Source of the DNA: Chiloscyllium plagiosum | Lineage: Eukaryota | Assembly: GCF_004010195.1 (NCBI RefSeq) | Contig: NC_057719.1 | Coordinates: 75,532,866 to 75,591,657, forward strand | Length of the DNA: 58,792 nucleotides | Direction: 5' to 3' | In this document: piece after piece, positions 51,067 to 58,792 of the stretch | How the letters are laid out: each line of letters begins with the position of its first letter | Numbering within the stretch: the stretch's first letter is position 1 | Made by a program: the position numbers and the translations under genes | Notes under the pieces: model-generated | Told to the model about the DNA's origin: nothing | Seen by the model: the letters and a program-made list of their open reading frames with translations, nothing else | Databases searched by the model: none

Positions 51067-51851
51067 ATGTTGGTGGGATTCCAGTAATAGAGAACATGGT
51101 GAAGCTCCCGATAAGCCAAGCATGGTGTGTTTTGAGTACTCTCTGCAGCCTGTTGACTAAAAATAAAACACGTTAGTGCTGCCATGTGCACATTGCAAGT
51201 AACACTGTGCACAGAAAATGTCTGATTAGTTTTAAATCGACGAATAAGGAAGAGAAACGAGGGAGGGAATGTGGAAGGAAAGACATGGTGGGGTGGGGGA
51301 GGGTAGGGTGAGTGATGTCGGAGGAGGTCCCCAATGACTGCAGGGCCTGGCTGCCTGATTAAATTGTCAAGTTTTGTCTGCATTGGCAGATGAGAGCAAA
51401 ACGTCTTTGCAACCAGACATTGAAATTGTGCAGAGTCGTTTGTCATTGTGTCCACTTATCACAAGTCAGTACAGAAAATCGAATGGTCTTTTGCCTACCT
51501 CTCCGCTTTTGGTTAGAAAATAAGCCAAGCAGAGGGCAGCGGAAATTCTTCTATCTGTGAATCAATTGTCATTTTATAAATGCTGAGGGAAGGTGCGGAA
51601 TTGGTTATGCATAATTGGTTATGCTAGCGTCACTAGCCTTGGTGCTGGGCTTTTGTGTGGAATTGGAAGGGCATGATTAAATGAATGAGATGATATTTGT
51701 TTCAATATTCTCTATTCACTCACTGAAGATGCTGCCCTGGTGGGAATATCTAGGAGAAAGTGAGGACTGCAGATGTTGGAGTACCAGAGTTGAAAAATGT
51801 GGTGCTGGAAAAACACAGCAGGCCAGGCAGCATCCGAGGAGCAGGAGAATC

Positions 51852-51879
51852 GACGTTTCGGGCATAAGCCCTTCTTCAG
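51852..51879 (-). ncRNA. Minimal hammerhead ribozyme core, intact
   Basis: Minus strand CTGAAGA-A-GGGC-TTAT-GCCC-GAAACGTC. Confidence 0.72.
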
Positions 51880-52203
51880 GAATGAGGCTGGTGTGCCAAG
51901 CGGGCTGAGATAAAAGGTAGGAGGGAGGGAATTTGGGGGAGGGGCGCTGGGAATACGATAGGTGGAAGGAGGTGAGGGTGAGGGTGATAGGCCGGAGAGG
52001 GGGTGGGGGTGGAGAGGTCGGGAAGAAGATTGCAGGAAGAGCGCCTCATCTTCCACCTAGGAACCCTCCAACCACACGGGATGAATGTAGATTTCTCCAG
52101 CTTCCTCATTTCTCCTCCCCCCACCTTATCTCAGTCCCAACCCTTGGATTCAGCACCCCCCTCTTGACCTGCAATCTTCTTCCCGAGCACACCAGCCTCA
52201 TTG

Positions 52204-52231
52204 CTGAAGAAGGGTTTATGCCCGAAGCGTT
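52204..52231 (+). ncRNA. Hammerhead core, mutated (GAAA>GAAG)
   Basis: CTGAAGA-A-GGGT-TTAT-GCCC-GAAGCGTT. Confidence 0.5.
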
Positions 52232-53114
52232 GATTTTCCTGCTCCTCGGATGCTGCCTGGCCTGGTGGGAATATCGTTCTGTGGCAATGAATAGCCCTCT
52301 TGCATTCCATTTAGTGGAAGCCTTGTGAGAGAAATTGGCTCGCTCCAGTGTCACTGAAAAGAGAGGCATGTTGCTCAAGAATGCCTAATTTCAGACAATC
52401 ACGACAGATAGTGTGCTGATTGGTTCGAAGACGACTCTGATTGGTTCACAAAACGACTCTGATTGGCCAATGTGTTGCCATTTGAAAAGCAGCAGGAGGT
52501 TATAGGGTTCCAAATCACCATGGTAGTTCGCACAATGCCCCATATTCTGTTTTTTTTGAGAGACCTACTGGTTTTTCTGTCTGAATGTATGGTGCTTCTA
52601 GCAAGATTAAATGAACCTTGGAACCAGGTCTACTAATTATTTTAAATTATGTCTTGGATGTTAGCATAGCCAGGATTATTCAGCAAGCACTGCCCATGTG
52701 TGGACTCCAGTAGTACAAACTAGGCACCAGACTATTGCTACCTGCTTTGCTCAATACTCAATTTCTCTTTCCGTTGATTTCAATGAAAGCAAATTGCTCT
52801 CAACTCAAGTGCATTTGGCACTATTGGCGTGTGGTAGCTTCTTTTGTATTTTGCCCGACCTCTCGGCTGGACGTTCTCAGTCTGGTTTCCACCTAACCTG
52901 ACAGCTGCATGTATTTAGATTGCAACAAGAACCAGTGTGGAACACTAGGAAGGAGGAACTCTCACTGATTGATAGATTGTCTTTGCCTCTCCCATCTGGA
53001 AAACTTCAGCCAATTGCAACAACCTCATGGACATTAGGTGAGGACAGACCTTGAAACAGAAGCTGAGATGTTTAGTGCAGTCAGCAAGGAATTCAAAACG
53101 AAATCGACGCAGCG

Positions 53115-53590
53115 ACAGCATTGGCTCAGTGGGACATTGTGTTTCCTTCCCAGTCAGAAGATTTCAGGTTCACTCCACGCTCTAGGACTTGAACACATAA
53201 TCTAGGCTGATGCTTCAGCACAGTCCTGACATAATGACACATTGTCAGGATACGGAAGAAAGAAAAGATACAATTACCTTCGAAGTGCAGTCACTGTTAC
53301 TGAGCAGACAAGTATGGCAACCACTTCACCAAGTGCACAATCACATGAATGTCAATTAGCTGGTGGCTGGTCACTCTATTTTTGGAGATGTTGGTTAAGG
53401 GAGGAACATTTCCCAGAACTAGCTGTTCCTATTTAAATAATGCAAATAGATTTTTAACTCCTCCTGCACTCCTAGCTCAAGCCTTTGCTTTAACACTTTA
53501 TTAAAAATTTTTGCATTGCTGATAGTCCCTCTGTATTTCTTTGAATTGTCCACTAGATCTAGAATCCTCACCATGCTAATGTTGACTAAT
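53115..53590. mobile_element. Deu-SINE fragments: head on + (53115-53250), body on - (53275-53590)
   Basis: ggctcagtgg...gtcagaag...ggacttgaacacataatctaggctga; gaagtgcagtcactgtt...gatgttggttaaggga. Confidence 0.5.
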
Positions 53591-54044
53591 TGTTTGTGTG
53601 TGGAAGGAGGGAGGGCAAAGTGTTATCACTAGAAAGTTTGGAATTCTGGTTTTGCCAGAATGTTACAGCACGTTTCTGTGAGTTGTAAGCGAATTCTCTG
53701 CCCAAATCGACTGGCTTGACTCCTCGTCTGGCAGGGAAACCTCCTCCAGAGGAGGCCGCAGACTTGAGGCAGCTGGGAGGCTTGTATTTGTGTGGAGTCA
53801 TTGGGGTCCACAGCACCAGAAAAGGCCCTTCAGCCCATTGGTAAGTAAAGCACTTCAGATCTTTGAGTGGGTGGGAACAGTGGCACATGTGCTGACTCCA
53901 TGCTTCCAGAGAAAGAGGGAGTACAGTTTCCAACCTTAAGTGCCAGTAGGTGATCGACTGCTCGAGGGGTGTGCAGGGAGGGAATATGATAAACATTGGT
54001 GGGGGTGTGCAACATGGGGAAGCAGTTTTCCTCTTTTTGACCCA

Positions 54045-54293
54045 CAGCACATTGACTTGAACCTGATTTACCATCCCCTGAGAAAAAGAACAGGAAATGA
54101 CATCACCACAGGAAATGACACCACCAACCCAAAGAAACCCAAACATATAAATAGAAAGCAGGAATCATCTGGAGGCTCACTGAAGATGTCACCTAGTATG
54201 GTGATGGAATGTCTGAAAATGAATCTTCCAGCTCAGAGAGCAAACCTACATCCAGAAACTCAACCTGAGTTACAAATTTTCTCAAAACTTGCT
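54045..54293 (+). mobile_element. PLE family D 3' end with hammerhead remnant
   Basis: ORF end HIDLNLIYHPLRKRTGND; CTGAAGA-T-GTCACC-TAGTAT-GGTGAT-GGAATGTC at 54180-54213. Confidence 0.65.
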
Positions 54294-54654
54294 ATTGCTG
54301 TGAAGGCTCAGATAATTTGTACAAAGCACCAGCAGCCTCTCTTTAGCTGCTAGGTTTCCTGAAGTTTGGAAATTTGCCCATCCAAGTGTAAGATGGGTTT
54401 GATTTGAGGCACGTATCTTCAGTAAAGCATATCAATGATCCACCCACTGTTTTGGAAGATGTTCGGTTGTCCATGTCCCATTCACATCCTTTTAAATCAG
54501 AATTCAGTAAGTAGGTTGATGGGTTTGGGTTGAGTTTGTGAGCCTTTCAAAATGTCATGACTTTTCCCCTCCCGGAACCCTCGGCCTCAGCTTGAAATAT
54601 CTGTTTCTTATGGGTTAATCTCCCACTATGATTCAGAAATATTTCTGGGCAACT

Positions 54655-54740
54655 TCAAGGTCAGAGATGACGTCAGTGGAAGAAATGCCATTGGTGGTTC
54701 GACTTGCGGAATCTGATATGTGTACATAGGACGTGAGTCA
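54655..54740. promoter_or_regulatory. Candidate enhancer motif cluster
   Basis: TCAAGGTCA (54655), TGACGTCA (54668), ATTGG (54690) and TGAGTCA (54734) in non-repetitive DNA. Confidence 0.3.
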
Positions 54741-55833
54741 CTTCTACAGCCAGAATAACATGTTTAAATAGTGCATGAGGTGCCTCTGGGAAAGCACTCA
54801 TACAATTACATAGTGCACTAGCTGTAGAAAGGGTTTGACCTTATCCCAAGGATTTATTTTCTCATTTAGCAGTCTCAAGCTCTAAACCACAGCGTTAGTA
54901 TTTTAAAAAAAGGAAACATTTCAAGCTCGCATTGACAACAAATGTGTCTGTGTGGAATTGCTGTGAATAGCTGTCTGTCATTCGCTTTTGAAGTCAGGAA
55001 GATTGTGCCATCGAAAAACTGATGAGTTGACAGTTTTGTTCATTTAATTGAATAGCAGAGTTCCTTAAAAGACTCCTTCACCAATGATCTTGTCATGTGT
55101 GCACTCCAGAACCGATCTACAGTGCAAGCCAGTTGCTAACTAATTGTGTCCCACAGTGGCTGAATTGAAACTAATGGCATTGCAATTCTCACTGAATGTA
55201 ATGAAAAATGGGAGACCTACAAGCAACTCGACTCTTACCAGTCAGACTAAGGGCATGTCCTGAGTTAATCAAGGCAACCAAATCAGTCTCAGCTCAAGGA
55301 GCAAGTGATATTACTGTAGTTGGCAGGGTTTTTGAACAGGCTTGCATTTTTTTAGCTGATTTGTTCTCATCGAGTTGAGGGATTGTAGTGCTTGAAAATG
55401 GATTAATTATTAAGCACACCCAGTGCCATTGTCAAGAATTCCAATTGCGTCTGAACAAGGAGTACACAATAGAAGACTTGACACACTGTCCCAACAAAAT
55501 TCTGAAGCCAAGCTGAAGATAGTTCCACCTTCAGTGCAGTGTGCCTGAGACTGCTAAATGGGAAAATACATCCTTGGGATAAGGTCAAACACCTAGGCAG
55601 TCTCTCTGCCTGTGATTCCTACTTTAGAGACATTATATACAGTAGAGCCATAGCAGAATTTATAACAAGCAAGTGAACTTCGTCATAGAATCCTTAAAAC
55701 TCATAGAAAGAAGATGCTGTTCCCCACTTAGCGATCATTCGGAAAAGGCGCTTGTGTGAAATGAAGTCGATATGCTTTATTAACCTGTGGCAGACTCTGA
55801 GTTAAATCTCCCACTGATCACGTGATGGATAAA

Positions 55834-55960
55834 GTTCTGAAGATGGGTCACTGGACTCAAAATGTTAATTCTGTTTTCTCTTCACAGATGCTGAGTCTCA
55901 GTAGCAATTTCTGTTTCTCTTTGTTTGAGAGCTCCAGCATCCACAGTTGTTGTTTTTTAT
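55834..55960 (+). mobile_element. PLE family C 3' end with decayed hammerhead core
   Basis: gttCTGAAGAtgggtcactggactcAAAATGTTaattctg...ctccagcatccacagt. Confidence 0.55.
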
Positions 55961-56092
55961 TTATTTGGATATAGTTGCCTAGTTGGATGAGCTGGCACCT
56001 GTAAAAATGAGTACACCAATCCTATTCGATCGCAGAACAACTGTGTGTCTGTTTCCTCAGGGTTTTCCCTACAAAGACCTCTGCAAACCTCT

Positions 56093-56145
56093 NNNNNNNN
56101 NNNNNNNNNNNNNNNNNNNNNNNNNNNNNNNNNNNNNNNNNNNNN
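56093..56145. other. Assembly gap (53 N)
   Basis: Run of N. Confidence 1.
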
Positions 56146-56217
56146 CCCAGCCCATATGTTGCTGTTATTATTGGGGCCCTTGTGTTCCTGCTTGTGCTGG
56201 AATTTAAGAGAGATAAG

Positions 56218-57730
56218 GTAATAAGATAAAAATCCATGTGTTTATGGAGGTAATATATTAGCATGGATAATGATATATAAATGTGGATTGGCTAACTTAT
56301 CGAAGATGGAATTTTGGGAGAAGGGGTACATTGTCCAGGTGGTAACCTGTAACTAGTGGAGTGCCATATTGATCGCTACTGGGGCCACAATTATTTGCAG
56401 TTATATATTAATGACTTGGATGAGGAAAATTAGCATGCTATAGTCAAGTTTGCGAGATGATACAATGACAAGGATAACCTGTTGAGTCTGCAGAGGAATT
56501 TAGACAGGTTAAGTGAGTGGACCAAAAAATGAGGATGAAAGATTATCAGAAATATGAGGGAATATAGATTGAAGTTAACCTCAATCTTATTGATTGTTGG
56601 ACCAGGCCCAAAGGCCTAATGGCCTACCCTTGTTCCTCATTCGTATGTTTGTAACTTGGCAGATGCGTGAAAATGTGAGATTTTTCACTTTACCGGGAAG
56701 AATAGAGGAGCTGAATATTATTTAAATGGAGAAAGATTTCAGAAAATTGCATCACAAAGGATTTTTGAGGCCACATCTATGAATCGCAAAATGCTAGGAT
56801 ACAAGTTTACCAAGTATTAGGGAAGGCAAATAGACTATTGGCCTTTGTTTCTAAAGGACTGAAGTATAAATAGGGAAGTCCTGGTAAAACTTTACAATTG
56901 GGGCGGCACGGTGGCTCAGTGGTTAGCACTGCCGCCTCACAACGCCAGGGTTCAATTCCCACCTCAGACAACTGTCTGAGTGGAGTTTGCACATTCTCCC
57001 TGTGTCTGTGTGGGCTTCCTCCCACAGTCCAAAGATGTGTAGGTGAATTGGCCATGCTAAATTGCCCATAGTGTTAGGTGCTTAGGTCAGGGGTAAATGT
57101 AAGGGAATGGGTCTGGGTGGGTTGCTCTTCGGAGGGTCGGTGTGGACTTGTTGGGCCGAAGGGCCTGTTTCCACACTGTATGGAATCTAATCTAAATGAA
57201 CAAGTCAGACCATTCTGAGTATTTGTCTAAGGAAAGGTGTTCTGGTATTGCGAGCAGGTTCAGTAGGCCAATCCAGGGTATGGAGGGACTTTCTTATGAG
57301 GAGATGTTGAGTAGGTTGGGCCTGTCTTCATTAAAGTTTAGAAGATTAAGAGATGACCTTATTGAAATTCACAAGAATCTTCGGGGACTTGACAGGGCAG
57401 ATGTGGAAAAGTTATCTTCCCATGTGGGAGCATCTAGGACCAGAGGGTATAGACTCAGAATAAGGGATTGACGACATAAGACAAAGATGAGGAAGAATTT
57501 CTGCTCTCAGAGGATAGTGAATCTGTGGAATTCTTTACCACAGAGCGCTGTCAAGGCTGGGCTGTCAAGAGTGAGATAGACAGATTTTTAATCAGTAAGG
57601 GAATCAAGGGTTATGGGAAAAAGGCAAAAAGATAAAGCTGAAAATTATTAGATGATCTCTTTGAGTTGTGGATCAGATTTGATGGGCTGAATGGCCTACT
57701 TCTGTTGCTACGTCTGATGGTCTCACAACT
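56218..57730 (+). mobile_element. Old CR1 RT remnant with nested HE1
   Basis: VTSGVP, YINDLD, KFA.D, RLRDDLIEIHK, NLWNSLP motifs. Confidence 0.8.
56900..57195 (+). mobile_element. HE1-like V-SINE
   Basis: gggcggcacggtggctcagtggttagc; tail aatctaatctaa. Confidence 0.9.
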
Positions 57731-57785
57731 GAATAACAATTATTAAGGATCTTGCTACTCAGCTCTAACAAGTTAGCTCAACTTT

Positions 57786-58125
57786 GGCATGATGGCTCAG
57801 TGATTAGCATTGCTACCTCACAGCACCAAGGATCCGGGTTTGAGTACAGCCTCAGGCAACTGTCTGTGTGGAGTTTGCACATTCTTCCTGTGTCTGCGTG
57901 GATTTCCTCTGGGTGCTCCGGTTTCCTCCCACAGTCCAAACATGTGCAGGTTAGGTGAACTGCCCATGCTAAACAGCCCGTAGTGTTTAGGGATGTGCAG
58001 GTTATTTGCATTACTCAGGGGTAAACGTGGAGTAATAGGGTAGGGGAATAAGTCTGGGTGGGTTACTCTTCAGAGGATCAGTGTTGGGCCTGGTTCTACA
58101 CTATAGGGATTCTATGATCTATGAT
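57786..58125 (+). mobile_element. HE1-like V-SINE
   Basis: ggcatgatggctcagtgattagc; V-domain; tail ggattctatgatctatgat. Confidence 0.85.
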
Positions 58126-58487
58126 CTCCAAACTCAAGAGAGCACAGCAATCTCATGCTCACTTTTAGTTTATTTGAGGTTAGCTTGATGAGTTCCAAAG
58201 TCTTGATTTTAGAAATACTTTTGAATCTGTGCAACGATTGTGCAAGCTGCAAAGAACAGCAGCAGTTTCTTTCTGGCTGACTTTGTAGTGATTTTAGGGC
58301 CTGACTTTCCATTTCTATTTTATTGAAAATAACAGCAATTTGCAGTTTGAGGAAGACAAATTTATTCTGACACCATCTGTAATTTTGCTCAGAAAAGAAT
58401 GGCTGTCTTTAAAGATTTCCTTAGAAGAAGGATTGGCCTTGTCAGTTTGGGTCTTTGTGGAGTAGGGGAGAGGAAGTTATATATGAA

Positions 58488-58608
58488 GGTGAAGAAGCCA
58501 TTGGACGTGAAACATTAACTCTGTTTCTCTCTTCACAGATGTTGCCAGATCTGTTGAGTTTCTCGAGCAATTTCTGCGTTTGTTCCAGATTTATAGCATT
58601 TGCTGTTG
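58488..58608 (+). mobile_element. PLE family C 3' end, decayed
   Basis: gtGAAGAagccattggacgtGAAACATTaactctg...cagatgttgccagatctg. Confidence 0.5.
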
Positions 58609-58672
58609 TGGTCCTATCAGTCAGTTCATGTTTAAGTTCTTGGCTTTCTTGAGTAAAGGTATTAGATGTCAC

Positions 58673-58792
58673 TGCTGAAAATATGTTGCTGGAAAAACGC
58701 AGCAGGTCAGGCAGCATCCAAGGAGCAGGAGAATCGACGTTTCGGGCATGAGCCCTTCTTCAGGAATGAGGAAAGTGTGCCAAGCAGGCTAA
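58673..58792 (-). mobile_element. PLE family A pLTR, running off the window end
   Basis: Closely matches about 51795-51905. Confidence 0.8.
58736..58763 (-). ncRNA. Minimal hammerhead ribozyme core, intact
   Basis: Minus strand CTGAAGA-A-GGGC-TCAT-GCCC-GAAACGTC. Confidence 0.72.

Larger units (their letters stand above)
51751..52260. mobile_element. Penelope-like element (family A): inverted pLTR, ORF C-terminus and pLTR
   Basis: 15-bp TSD cctggtgggaatatc (51736-51750 / 52261-52275); sense ORF end 52036-52167 EERLIFHLGTLQPHGMNVDF typical of the PLE GIY-YIG C-terminus; two hammerhead cores. Confidence 0.85.

Noticed and set aside
11170..57730. Plus-strand excess of CR1 fragments as evidence for host gene orientation
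   Set aside because: Small, non-independent sample; orientation bias of shark CR1 is not established.

Overview
Repeat-rich vertebrate genomic DNA, most likely intronic or intergenic sequence of a shark (cartilaginous fish). That assignment is inferred from HE1-type V-SINEs, CR1/HER1-like LINEs and Deu-domain SINEs. I recognise no host protein-coding exon, and almost all ORFs in the track are transposon fragments or noise. Mobile content: about 20 decayed CR1 fragments (best RT remnant 18425-19550, catalytically dead), 12 HE1-like SINE copies, three other tRNA-derived SINE families, RTE, L2 and APE-LINE remnants, a PIF/Harbinger transposase fossil and a TA-flanked MITE. There is also a 31-bp minisatellite and a 53-N assembly gap. 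The most striking signal is a set of short Penelope-like element (PLE) remnants from about four families carrying minimal hammerhead-ribozyme cores (CUGANGA-stem II-GAAACGUH). Several are inverted-repeat mini-elements with target-site duplications and target microhomology, and one is inserted into the hammerhead motif of another. Other candidates are a 9-nt plus-strand microexon with RBFOX/NOVA-type motifs, further possible exons, a 133-bp locally templated insertion and a CRE/AP-1/ERRE motif cluster. Repeat family names come from my recall of consensus sequences, not from a database search, and boundaries are approximate.
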